Shown here: in pieces, positions 20,008-28,736 of the stretch
Numbering within the stretch: the first letter of the stretch is position 1
Layout: every line of letters begins with the position of its first letter
Assembly (NCBI GenBank): GCA_026387335.1
Contig: JAPLLX010000003.1
Location: 74,230 to 138,229 of the forward strand
DNA from: Candidatus Omnitrophota bacterium
GTDB lineage: Bacteria > Omnitrophota > Gorgyraeia > Gygaellales > Profunditerraquicolaceae
Direction: 5' to 3'
Length of the DNA stretch: 64,000 nucleotides
Program-made: the position numbers and the translations under genes
The notes under the pieces: model-generated
Seen by the model: the letters and a program-made list of their open reading frames with translations, nothing else
What the model was told of the DNA's origin: nothing
The model's database searches: none

Positions 20008-22188
20008 CTACATCAACGGCTCAAGATTTAGCGCCGGATGCTTGACTTTTTCTAAGAAAGCCAGCAGCTCATCCGAACTAGTAGCAACTGTCTCATCCGC
20101 GATCTTTTCTAATAAGTCCGGCTGGCCGATTTCTTGGGCCCGCCTCTTTAACTTATCCCCTAAAAGCTCTTTTAACTCCTTGGGCATCCAAACTAAGCGC
20201 TCTAACCCGCCTTCGGCAGAAATAAACTTTTTACTTAAGATATAGAGCTTGCCTACGCCCAGGAACCCCGGAGTCTGCACCCCTCCTCCTACTGAACCGG
20301 CTAAAGTAGTAAAGCTCATTCCGGAAGGAGTCATACCGGAGAAATCGCGGTGCACGATCATCACTCCGTTGACTTCTGGGATTATCGCTAAGATACATTC
20401 AAAACATCCGCAGGAAGATTGCGGTGATTCCATAAGTGAATACATGCTGACCTTATCTATGCTCTTGTTGGATTTCTGCTTTACAAACTCGTTCACATTC
20501 TCCCACTGGCCTAATTTTGAATCAAGCGTAGCTCCCTTTGCTATAGGTTGGTTCGGGCCGGTAGGCGTGATCTCAAAAGAAGCTTTGGCGTCCAACCAGG
20601 AATAGGCTCCGCAAAGGCCAAGGCGTTCAGGAGTCACAATACATACATGATTAGGCGCAAAAGATTGGCACAATAAACAGGAATAATACGTATCCACGCT
20701 TTCATCGGTCATGCCGCTTATGCGCTCGTCGCGCTCATCAAATACTTTTTTCGCTCCCCCTAACAGCCTATCCACATCTTCCTGCTTGGTATAAAGCTTG
20801 ACCTGGATTTTATCCACGATAGCGCTATATTCCTGATGCAGCATCGCGTGTAAAATCACGCCGATATGCTTTAAGCGGAAGCCTTTGGCAAAGGCGTCTT
20901 GGCTTATTCTGATCCAATCCATATCCCGCTGGCCGACGTGCATCAAGCCCATGGCATAATTTACGAAACGGTGGATCTGCCTCTCTAAAATCGGCTCAAA
21001 ATCCTTTTGCATCTTACGGCCGTAAACATCAACAATAATCGCTAAAGGCAAGGATTTAACTCCCGCCGCTAACGCGTCAATATCCGGGCCGATTATCTCG
21101 ATCTTGCCGTCATCAACTTCATTCTCTTTTTTTGAGCTTAAAAATTCAAAAGCGCTGCTGGCCTTGCCTCCGAATTCTACCTGTAACTGCTCTTTTCTTA
21201 CGCGCTCACCTTCAAAAGCCGCGGCATAGGGAACCGGAACAGCCACTTGGGCCATCTTTACTTTAATTCCGCGGGTAAGCAGGCACTTGGAGGGAAGTTT
21301 CTTATAATCCTTTTCCGTAACCAAAGCCTCAAATAAAGTCGTCTCGATTTTGCCTAATTGCGGAACTTCTAAATCCGTAATAATCGGTAATCCGAAAGCT
21401 AAAGCGCCCAGGCCGGTAGCTACGATTACTTCATCCACATGCCCCAGGAGTAGAACAAACGCGGGCACGCGGTTACGGATATACTCCGCTATTCCTTCCC
21501 ATTGCCCGGGTTTAAATCCGCCGTAAATCAAGGGCGCGCGCACCGCAAAGTTAACCGCGTAAATCGCCGAGAGATAATCCTCTCCCAGCGGAACAATATA
21601 ATTATCTAAACCTAACTCTATTCCCTTATTTTCCAGCTGCTTCTGTAAAGTCTTTCCGTTGATATTGCCGACTAATAAACTCACGATACTCTTAGATTGA
21701 AAATCACGTATCAAGCTGACTGCCGCGTCTTCATCTTTGGCCGGGCCTAAAATTACCGCGATACCGGCTATTCTTCCGTCAACCAGCTGCAGGCCCAAAG
21801 AGCGCAGTATTTTATCCGGGATAAAACCGATTCCGTTCTTCGGATGCTCCTTATTCATTACCGCCAAGCCCGCTAAAATTTCTTCACAAAGCAACGTCGA
21901 GACGCCTTTATTCAAAATCCCGCCTAAATAAGGAATGACTAAGCCGGTTTTGGTAGCCACACCTTTACTTAAGGATTCAATTTCTTTGAGGGCCAAAGAT
22001 AAATCCCCTAATTTTTTGACTTCTATATTCAGAAGAGCGTTAATTAAAGGAAAATAATAATTAGTTTCCGGAAATTCAACCGCTGTATCTTTACCGGATT
22101 TCGCGATCGTCTTATCCAAAGATTCTCTTGTAAGATTCAATACCGCTGCCGCGCCCTTCTCTCCTAATTGCACTAAGACGTCTGACAT
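20008..22188 (-). CDS. acsB: CO-methylating acetyl-CoA synthase, beta subunit (A-cluster Ni-Ni-[4Fe-4S]) of the CODH/ACS complex
   Basis: 726 aa. It is collinear along its length with bacterial AcsB and carries the diagnostic C-terminal motifs 'CQSFAPNHVCIVTPER.GLCGA.SWLDAKAS' and 'SCGCFE.I.AI.PE.NG' (the Cys-Gly-Cys A-cluster ligands). Confidence 0.9.
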   Translation of the reverse strand: MSDVLVQLGEKGAAAVLNLTRESLDKTIAKSGKDTAVEFPETNYYFPLINALLNIEVKKLGDLSLALKEIESLSKGVATKTGLVIPYLGGILNKGVSTLLCEEILAGLAVMNKEHPKNGIGFIPDKILRSLGLQLVDGRIAGIAVILGPAKDEDAAVSLIRDFQSKSIVSLLVGNINGKTLQKQLENKGIELGLDNYIVPLGEDYLSAIYAVNFAVRAPLIYGGFKPGQWEGIAEYIRNRVPAFVLLLGHVDEVIVATGLGALAFGLPIITDLEVPQLGKIETTLFEALVTEKDYKKLPSKCLLTRGIKVKMAQVAVPVPYAAAFEGERVRKEQLQVEFGGKASSAFEFLSSKKENEVDDGKIEIIGPDIDALAAGVKSLPLAIIVDVYGRKMQKDFEPILERQIHRFVNYAMGLMHVGQRDMDWIRISQDAFAKGFRLKHIGVILHAMLHQEYSAIVDKIQVKLYTKQEDVDRLLGGAKKVFDERDERISGMTDESVDTYYSCLLCQSFAPNHVCIVTPERLGLCGAYSWLDAKASFEITPTGPNQPIAKGATLDSKLGQWENVNEFVKQKSNKSIDKVSMYSLMESPQSSCGCFECILAIIPEVNGVMIVHRDFSGMTPSGMSFTTLAGSVGGGVQTPGFLGVGKLYILSKKFISAEGGLERLVWMPKELKELLGDKLKRRAQEIGQPDLLEKIADETVATSSDELLAFLEKVKHPALNLEPLM

Positions 22189-23042
22189 CTCTCTCCCTTC
22201 ATTTGGCTGATAATATGATCCACGAGCATCATACTGATTATTACGCTATCCTTAGCTACGACGCTTCCGCAGGCAAAAATATCCTTAACCGTAGTCCGCA
22301 GGAAACCGTCAACAACGATAATATCGTTCTCTACCCGCACATCCGTATTCTTTAGGAAATCTATGTTCGATTTATAATCATCTATAAATAAAACCGCGCA
22401 GGCAGAGATCACTTTCCCGCTGGCCAGCTTCACGGCCTGAATTTGCCCTTCTCCGATCACCTCGGCGGCTGCATCATTGATTATTTCCACATACTTAGGA
22501 GTTAGAGACGGATCAAAGACCTTACGGGTCAAAAACTTCACTTCTACGCCGTACTTTTCCGCGATTGCTTCCGCTATCCTTAAAGCAAAACTATTCCCTC
22601 CGGCTACGCAAACCGGCTCGGATATGTAACTCTTGAGGAATTCTTTGGTATCATCCAAGGTATATAACCGATAGGCCCCTGCTTTTCTTGCGCCGGGTAT
22701 ATCGGGCAATGTAGGACTTCTGCCAGAAGCAATAACCAATAAATCGTAGCTTAAGTTCCCCTTATCCTTAAAATAAAGCAGTTTTTTCTGGGTATTCAGG
22801 CTCCCGACCTTCTTGCCTTTTAGAAAATTGATATTTTGCTGCTGATAAAAATCTTCGCTGCAGAGAAATATATTATTTTCCGGCACGATCCCGCTGATCA
22901 GGTCAGCGAGCTTAAAATGGTCGTAGGGAGGGTAATTCTCCTCACTGATAAGGGTAATGTGGCAATCCTTATCTTTCTCCCTTAAACGCAGGGCTATATT
23001 GTGTCCGGAAACCGTAGCTCCGATAATGACTATATTATTCAT
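22173..23042 (-). CDS. Small FAD/NAD(P)-binding pyridine nucleotide-disulfide-type oxidoreductase domain protein
   Basis: 289 aa. It has an N-terminal dinucleotide-binding 'IVIIGATVSGHNIA' (GxGxxG-like) and a second Rossmann 'LVIASGRSP'. It lacks the C-terminal dimerisation domain of full-length enzymes. It overlaps acsB and metF, so it is in the same operon. Confidence 0.6.
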   Translation of the reverse strand: MNNIVIIGATVSGHNIALRLREKDKDCHITLISEENYPPYDHFKLADLISGIVPENNIFLCSEDFYQQQNINFLKGKKVGSLNTQKKLLYFKDKGNLSYDLLVIASGRSPTLPDIPGARKAGAYRLYTLDDTKEFLKSYISEPVCVAGGNSFALRIAEAIAEKYGVEVKFLTRKVFDPSLTPKYVEIINDAAAEVIGEGQIQAVKLASGKVISACAVLFIDDYKSNIDFLKNTDVRVENDIIVVDGFLRTTVKDIFACGSVVAKDSVIISMMLVDHIISQMKGERCQTS

Positions 23043-23908
23043 AGATTTGAAGCCTCTAAAACCCGCGGCACAACCTTATCCCAGCCGATAGGCATGATAT
23101 GGATGCCGTCGCACATAGGTTTTAATTTCTTGATCAGTCGCGAGGCTATATCAACGGATTGAGCGGTTTTATCCTTTGTTTCTTCCATCTCTTTTATCAA
23201 ATCATCCGGGACGCATACGCCGGCGACATTCTTATTCATATAGCGGGCCATGCCGGCTGATTTTAATAAAACAATTCCGGCCATAATTTTAGTCTTTAAG
23301 TGTTGGGTTTTATTCAGGAAATTTTCAAATACTTTCAGATCATAGACTGCCTGGGTCTGAAAAAATTCCGCGCCGGCGGCGATCTTTTTTTCCATCTTCA
23401 TTATCTGCGGCTCTAACGGATCTGCTCCCGGATTAACCACAGCGCCCATGCAGAATTTCGGCGGCTCGCCGATTAATTTGTTCCCTTTCATATCGGCTCC
23501 GGCCTGAAGCTTTTTAACTACTTCTAACAACTGCACTGAATCCAGGTCAAATACGGGTTTGGCTTCCGGATGGTCGCCTAACGCCGGATGGTCGCCGGTA
23601 AGGATTAAAAGATTTTCTATGCCTAATGCGGCGGCGGATAAAATATCCGACTGTAGGGCCAAGCGGTTGCGGTCGCGGCAGGTTAGCTGGTATATCGGTT
23701 CAAAACCGTGTTGTTTAAGCAGAAAACATACCGCTAAAGACCCCAGGCGCATTACCGAGCTCTGTAAGTCCGTGACATTGATGGCGTCAACTTTGGCCCG
23801 GATTAATTCCGCGTCTTCCAAAAGCTGTTTAGTCTCAATCCCCTTGGGCGGCCCGATCTCCAAGGTCACCACAAATTTACCAGATAGTAATTTTTCTTTG
23901 AATGTCAT
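23039..23908 (-). CDS. metF: 5,10-methylenetetrahydrofolate reductase
   Basis: 289 aa TIM-barrel MTHFR. It has the acetogen-type short MetF N-terminus 'FVVTLEIGPPKG', and 'LILTGDHP' and 'GAEFFQTQAVYD' are conserved. Confidence 0.85.
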   Translation of the reverse strand: MTFKEKLLSGKFVVTLEIGPPKGIETKQLLEDAELIRAKVDAINVTDLQSSVMRLGSLAVCFLLKQHGFEPIYQLTCRDRNRLALQSDILSAAALGIENLLILTGDHPALGDHPEAKPVFDLDSVQLLEVVKKLQAGADMKGNKLIGEPPKFCMGAVVNPGADPLEPQIMKMEKKIAAGAEFFQTQAVYDLKVFENFLNKTQHLKTKIMAGIVLLKSAGMARYMNKNVAGVCVPDDLIKEMEETKDKTAQSVDIASRLIKKLKPMCDGIHIMPIGWDKVVPRVLEASNL

Positions 23909-23912
23909 ATTC

Positions 23913-24758
23913 CTAGCGTTGCTGAGACTTAGCTGCCGCGACTAAATTCCGCATTAACATAGTTACAGTCAAGGGCCCGACGCCTCCGGGAACAGGCGTA
24001 ATGAATGAGGCGCGTTTTTCTGCTACTTCAAACTCTACATCCCCGACTATTTTTTCATTAACCCGGTTTATGCCTATATCTATAACCAGCGCGCCTTCTT
24101 TAATCCAATCGCCCTTGATTAATCCGGCTTTACCGACCGCGACCACCAAAACTTCAGCGCGCCTTACATGCTCTTCTAATTTTCCGGCCTTGCTTGTGCC
24201 GATATGCGCTACCGTGACTGTGGCAAATTTATCCAATAATAAAAGCGCTAAAGGCTTCCCCACTATCTCGCTATGGCCCACAATCACGACTTCTTTTCCG
24301 TATAAATCAATCCCGGTAGAAGTAATCAACTCCATAGCGCTGGCCGCGGTGCAAGGAATAAGTTTGGCCTTGCCGAATAAAATCTTTCCGATATTTGCCG
24401 GATGCATACCCTCAATATCTTTGTCCGCGGAAATGAACTGACTTATTTTTTTATAATCTATTGCTGGCGGAAGAGGCATCTGGATAATAATACCGTTGAC
24501 TGAATTATCGGAATTTAATTTACGCACAAATTCTATTAAAGCGTCTTCGGTGATATCCTGGGGCAGGTTTTGCAGACGGTATTCAATACCTAAATTTTCC
24601 GCGGCTTTACTTTGAGATTTAACATAAGCCAGGGCTCCGGGATTATCACCGACCAGAATACTGGCTAAAACCGGCTTATTTTTTAAAGCAGCCACCTCCA
24701 GCTTTATTCCTTCCTTTATCTTTTCGGCTAACGGCTTACCCTCTAATAATTTTGCCAA
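23913..24758 (-). CDS. folD: Bifunctional methylene-THF dehydrogenase / methenyl-THF cyclohydrolase
   Basis: 281 aa with 'GRSNIVGKP'-like 'GHSEIVGKPLALLL' and 'TPVPGGVGPLT' signature motifs. Confidence 0.95.
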   Translation of the reverse strand: MAKLLEGKPLAEKIKEGIKLEVAALKNKPVLASILVGDNPGALAYVKSQSKAAENLGIEYRLQNLPQDITEDALIEFVRKLNSDNSVNGIIIQMPLPPAIDYKKISQFISADKDIEGMHPANIGKILFGKAKLIPCTAASAMELITSTGIDLYGKEVVIVGHSEIVGKPLALLLLDKFATVTVAHIGTSKAGKLEEHVRRAEVLVVAVGKAGLIKGDWIKEGALVIDIGINRVNEKIVGDVEFEVAEKRASFITPVPGGVGPLTVTMLMRNLVAAAKSQQR

Positions 24759-25296
24759 CTTTACCCTCCATATCTGTTCTGATCTTTTTAACCAGTTTGG
24801 CCTTTTGGCTTAATTCTTTGCGGATGGCCTTTTTAAGCTTTGTATCATTAAGCGCCTTTAAATTTATCTCAACATTAAAATAGGCGCTGGCAAAAGCGGA
24901 CTCTAAAAGTATAGCCGCTACTGCCACATCGCTGATTAAATTAATATTGCCTTTCTTGACTAATGGCGGGCAAAGCTTGATCCCTTCCAGCGCCAGCCGG
25001 GCCACCATAAAAGGCGTATTCAGCGCGTCGCGTAAATTCTTGCTTTTGTAGGCGATGACATCCAGATCAGTAAGTCTTAAGAATTCCATCCTTAAAATCT
25101 CGGATTTATCTAAAATATTATTTAACTCTTTTTCGTATTTGGCGTATTTAGGCTTCCCCAAAGTAAAATTAACCACCATACTGATCAAGGCCACTCCCAG
25201 CGCGGCATTAAAGGCAGCGGCTGAACCGCCTCCCGGCGCAGGCAGCCTGGCCGCTAAATCATCCAGGTATTTTTTAAGCGATTCGTCTTTATACAT
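24736..25296 (-). CDS. fchA: Cyclodeaminase/cyclohydrolase family protein (FTCD C-terminal domain; probable methenyl-THF cyclohydrolase FchA-like)
   Basis: 186 aa all-helical protein with the 'PAPGGGSAAA' glycine-rich motif typical of formiminotransferase-cyclodeaminase C-domain/FchA proteins. It is the first gene of the folD-metF-acsB cluster. Confidence 0.7.
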   Translation of the reverse strand: MYKDESLKKYLDDLAARLPAPGGGSAAAFNAALGVALISMVVNFTLGKPKYAKYEKELNNILDKSEILRMEFLRLTDLDVIAYKSKNLRDALNTPFMVARLALEGIKLCPPLVKKGNINLISDVAVAAILLESAFASAYFNVEINLKALNDTKLKKAIRKELSQKAKLVKKIRTDMEGKVGKIIRG

Positions 25297-25297
25297 T

Positions 25298-25678
25298 TTA
25301 GTAAGTAAACCTTTCGTTTAACTCAAACGCGTTTTTAATCAGCTCTATTTTCTCTTGAGCAGCGCAGGTATCTAACGCGACAACATCAAATCTGGCTTTC
25401 TTGTCCAAAAGATTCTTTTCTTTTAAATAAATTAAGGCGGCTTTGGAGATTTGTTTCTGCTTGGTTGCTGAGACCGCTTCCAAACCTGAGCCGAACTTTT
25501 CCGAGCTACGGCATTTTACTTCTATAAAACAAAGAACGTCTTGATCTTGCGCGATAATATCCACTTCCCCTAATTTCGTTTTGTAGTTGCGGCAGAGGAT
25601 CTTATATCCCTGATTCTCCAGGAACTTTTTGGCTTTTTCTTCCGCCTGAATCCCTAAATTTAAGCTCTCTTTAGTCAC
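25298..25678 (-). CDS. yraN: YraN/UPF0102 family endonuclease
   Basis: 126 aa. 'GEVDIIAQD...LCFIEVKCR' is the PD-(D/E)xK-like core of UPF0102. Confidence 0.8.
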   Translation of the reverse strand: MTKESLNLGIQAEEKAKKFLENQGYKILCRNYKTKLGEVDIIAQDQDVLCFIEVKCRSSEKFGSGLEAVSATKQKQISKAALIYLKEKNLLDKKARFDVVALDTCAAQEKIELIKNAFELNERFTY

Positions 25679-26324
25679 AGGAAAAAGTCTTCCGGTGTAT
25701 CGGGCAAGCGCCTATTTTCCTAATTATTGCCCGGTGCCTTTCTGTGGGATACCCCTTATGCCGAGCAAATCCGTATTCCGGATAAATTGAATCATACTTA
25801 AGCATGATCCGGTCGCGGGTAACCTTAGCCAGTATGGAAGCGGAAGCTATACTCTTGGATTTGGTATCGCCTTTAATGATATCGGTAGAAGGCCAACATA
25901 AGTCCAGAGACATCTTCCCGTCCACAATCACATGGATACTGCGGGAAGCGGGATCCTCTATTTTTTCTAACAAAGAACCGACCGCCTTCTGCATAGCCTC
26001 GCGCGTAGCCCTTAAGATATTCACGCGGTCAATCCTCTTTTCGCTGACTACGCTTATGCCAAATATGGATTTATGGATAATTTCCCCGAATGCCTTCTCG
26101 CGGGAATTAAAGTTTAGTTTCTTAGAATCGTCTATGCGGTTTTTAAAACTCGTTGTCTTAAGCGCTACTGCTGCGGCTACTACCGGGCCGGCCAATGGAC
26201 CCCGGCCAGCCTCATCCACTCCGATAATTAAATCATAACCTTCTTTTTTAAGCAGGCGTTCGTAAGCGAGTAAATCCTTACTTCTTCTCCTGCTTGCTTT
26301 CAATCTTCGTGGCGCGCTTTCCAA
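25671..26324 (-). CDS. rnhB: Ribonuclease HII
   Basis: It contains '[17 protein letters not shown]' (catalytic DEDD start) and a C-terminal 'ARHKGY'-like region. The N-terminal extension overlaps rplS by 47 nt, so the true start is probably internal or non-ATG. Confidence 0.9.
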   Translation of the reverse strand: MESAPRRLKASRRRSKDLLAYERLLKKEGYDLIIGVDEAGRGPLAGPVVAAAVALKTTSFKNRIDDSKKLNFNSREKAFGEIIHKSIFGISVVSEKRIDRVNILRATREAMQKAVGSLLEKIEDPASRSIHVIVDGKMSLDLCWPSTDIIKGDTKSKSIASASILAKVTRDRIMLKYDSIYPEYGFARHKGYPTERHRAIIRKIGACPIHRKTFSCD

Positions 26325-26634
26325 CCTTGCCTCTTAAATAATAAAGCTTGGCCCTTTTGACTTGTCCGGAACGGATAACTTCAATACGTTCAATGGTCGG
26401 AGAATAGAGCGGAAATACGCGCTCAATACCCTCTCCGTAGGAAACTTTTCTGACGGTAAAATGCTCTCTTGCCCCTGAGCCTTCCCTGGAGATAACCACT
26501 CCCTCAAACGGATGCAGGCGCACCTTGTCCGGGCCTTCGGGGATTTTAGTCATTACTTTGACCGTATCTCCCACCCCGAACTTAGGCATATCTTTTTTAA
26601 TAAACTGTGCTTCAATAAGTTGCATTTTGTCCAT
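26278..26634 (-). CDS. rplS: 50S ribosomal protein L19
   Basis: 118 aa. The N-terminus '[31 protein letters not shown]' and '[10 protein letters not shown]' are classic L19. It follows trmD in the conserved trmD-rplS arrangement. Confidence 0.9.
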   Translation of the reverse strand: MDKMQLIEAQFIKKDMPKFGVGDTVKVMTKIPEGPDKVRLHPFEGVVISREGSGAREHFTVRKVSYGEGIERVFPLYSPTIERIEVIRSGQVKRAKLYYLRGKVGKRATKIESKQEKK

Positions 26635-26638
26635 TTAT

Positions 26639-27340
26639 TTAATTCTCCTTTCGCACATTTGATTTTAATAGATCCGGCCGTCTTGCTCGCGTCCTTTTTA
26701 ACGCTTCTTTATTTCTCCAGGCTTCTATTTTCTTATGATCCCCGGAAAGAAGGACTTCCGGCACGCTCATCTTACGAAAATTCGCTGGCCGGGTATAATG
26801 CGGATGTTCTAATAGATTACCCTCAAATGACTCAAAATTCAAGGAATTTTTATCCCCTAAGACCCCCGGAAGAAGCCGCACAACACTATCCACCAAAACC
26901 ATAGCCGCCAGTTCTCCTCCGGTAAGCACATAATCGCCTATGGATATCTCCTCATCCACCAATTTTTCCCGTACTCTCTCATCCACTCCCTCATAATGCC
27001 CGCAGATAAGAATTATGTGCTTCTCTTTTGAAATATTTTTAGCGATTTTTTGGGTAAGTTTTTCGCCTTGAGGGCATAATAAAATTACTTTTGACTTTTT
27101 ACCTTTTATTTTTGATTTGATATGCTCAACCGCCTTAAAAATCGGCTCCGGCTGCATAAGCATACCTGAACCGCCTCCAAAAGGCCGGTCATCAACCTTA
27201 CGGTGCTTATCCGAGGTATAATCCCTTAAATCATGAATATGAAATTTAACCTTACCTTTATCTTGAGCCCGCAGCATAATGGATTCATTCAGCACAGGCG
27301 CAAACATTTTAGGAAATATAGTAATTATATCTATCCTCAT
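26639..27340 (-). CDS. trmD: tRNA (guanine37-N1)-methyltransferase
   Basis: 233 aa SPOUT knot MTase. '[13 protein letters not shown]' and '[14 protein letters not shown]' are TrmD signatures. Confidence 0.95.
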   Translation of the reverse strand: MRIDIITIFPKMFAPVLNESIMLRAQDKGKVKFHIHDLRDYTSDKHRKVDDRPFGGGSGMLMQPEPIFKAVEHIKSKIKGKKSKVILLCPQGEKLTQKIAKNISKEKHIILICGHYEGVDERVREKLVDEEISIGDYVLTGGELAAMVLVDSVVRLLPGVLGDKNSLNFESFEGNLLEHPHYTRPANFRKMSVPEVLLSGDHKKIEAWRNKEALKRTRARRPDLLKSNVRKEN

Positions 27341-28473
27341 ATTGCCTGTCCTTTGGCGTATTCCAGCAAAAATTCTTTTTTAAACTCGCTGAATTGATTA
27401 TCTTTAATCGCTTCCCGTATCTTACGGGCCAAATCTAAAAAGAAATATACGTTATGTAAAGAAAGCAAGGTCAAACCCAACATCTCCTGAGCGTTAAATA
27501 AGTGCCGCAGATAGGCCCGGCTAAAATTCCGGCAGCAATAGCAGCCACATTTTTCATCCAAAGCCTTAAAATCATCGGCAAATTGGGCGTTGCGGATGAT
27601 AATCTTCCCGCGGCTGGTAAACCCTGTCCCATTCCTGCCGTAACGGGTGGGAACAACGCAATCAAACATATCAATCCCCCGCTCCACCGCCTCAATTATA
27701 TCCGGCGGATAACCTATACCCATGGCATAGCGCGGTTTTTCAACGGGCAGAAAATTAGCTGTGTATTCTAATATATTATATATTAAATCGCTGGGTTCGC
27801 CAACTGAAACTCCGCCTATGCTAAAACCGTCAAAATCAATATCAATCAATTCTTTAGCGCATTCAGAACGCAGATCCTCATAAGTCGCTCCCTGCACAAT
27901 GCCGAATAACACCTGCTTCTTGGTCGGGCCATGTTTCTTATGCTCCTTAAAATGTTTATACGAACGCTTGGCCCAGCTGATTGTGCGTTTCATGGCGATT
28001 TCCGCGTGGTCCTTAGTACAAGGATAATGCACGCATTCATCCAACGGCATCATTATATCCGAACCTAAGTCTTGCTGAATATCAATTACGTCTTCAGGGG
28101 TCAGGAAATGCTTAAAACCGTCTATGTGCGACTGAAATTCAACTCCCTTGTCGCTTAACTTTCTTAGAAGCGCTAAACTAAAGACCTGATAACCGCCGCT
28201 ATCCGTAAGAATGGGTTTTTTCCAGGAGATAAACTTATGCAAGCCGCCGGCTTTCCGGATAATATCCATTCCCGGACGCAAGAATAAATGATAAGTATTA
28301 GAGAGCATGATTTCCGCGCCTGCCTCTTCCACATCCTTAGGATAAAGGCCCTTAATGGTAGCATGCGTCCCTACAGGCATAAAAGCCGGCGTATTAATTA
28401 CCCCATGCTCTGTAGTAATCCTGCCCAACCTGGCTTTGCTCTTCTTATCTTGCTGAATTAATTCAAACATCAT
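27337..28473 (-). CDS. tgt: Queuine tRNA-ribosyltransferase (tRNA-guanine transglycosylase, bacterial type)
   Basis: 378 aa. It has the catalytic 'DSGGYQ' and 'VPTRYGRNG' regions and the Zn site 'CGCYCC...H' (CxCxxC...H) diagnostic of canonical bacterial Tgt, not archaeosine or DpdA-type enzymes. Confidence 0.95.
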   Translation of the reverse strand: MMFELIQQDKKSKARLGRITTEHGVINTPAFMPVGTHATIKGLYPKDVEEAGAEIMLSNTYHLFLRPGMDIIRKAGGLHKFISWKKPILTDSGGYQVFSLALLRKLSDKGVEFQSHIDGFKHFLTPEDVIDIQQDLGSDIMMPLDECVHYPCTKDHAEIAMKRTISWAKRSYKHFKEHKKHGPTKKQVLFGIVQGATYEDLRSECAKELIDIDFDGFSIGGVSVGEPSDLIYNILEYTANFLPVEKPRYAMGIGYPPDIIEAVERGIDMFDCVVPTRYGRNGTGFTSRGKIIIRNAQFADDFKALDEKCGCYCCRNFSRAYLRHLFNAQEMLGLTLLSLHNVYFFLDLARKIREAIKDNQFSEFKKEFLLEYAKGQAI

Positions 28474-28540
28474 TAGTCATTGCGAGTCCGCCGTAGGCGG
28501 ACGAAGCAATCTCTGCGTTGTTATGCTACGTTTATCCTTT

Positions 28541-28673
28541 AAGGTCACAATTTGTGACCTTAAACAATACGCCTTGTTATCTAAAATCTTGAAGTCACAA
28601 TTTGTGACTTCAAACAAATACGCTTAGAGTATACCTTGTTACCTGGAATCTTGAAATCACAAATTGTGATTTC
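28541..28673. repeat. Three tandem degenerate units (about 50-62 bp each), each containing a 21-bp palindrome built on TCACAA-TTTGTGA, in the tgt 5'-flank and island boundary
   Basis: The palindromes are aaggtcacaatttgtgacctt (28541-28561), gaagtcacaatttgtgacttc (28591-28611) and gaaatcacaaattgtgatttc (28653-28673). Arm substitutions are compensatory (agg/cct, aag/ctt, aaa/ttt). Each is followed by an aaacaa(a)tacgc...ccttgtta...aatctt tail. Confidence 0.6.
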
Positions 28674-28736
28674 AAGTAATAAGCCCTGCTTAGAAACAAG
28701 TCAAGTCATACGCTATACAAATCCGAACCGTCCCCT

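Noticed and set aside
27471-27695. Minus-strand 74-aa and 63-aa ORFs (27471-27695, 28173-28364) inside tgt
   Set aside because: They are alternative frames within the well-supported tgt CDS with no independent signals, so they are frame artefacts.
28541-28673. Possible CRISPR array (regularly spaced palindromic repeats)
   Set aside because: There are only three units. The repeats are not identical, and the arms vary with compensatory changes. The 'spacers' are themselves related to each other (shared aaacaa..tacgc..ccttgtta tails) rather than unique. Spacing is irregular (50 and 62 bp) and no cas genes occur in the window.
28541-28673. CRP/FNR-type operator (TGTGA/TCACA half-sites)
   Set aside because: The half-sites are in the inverted order and spacing (TCACA-N3-TGTGA) relative to the CRP/FNR consensus TGTGA-N6-TCACA. 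The similarity is superficial.
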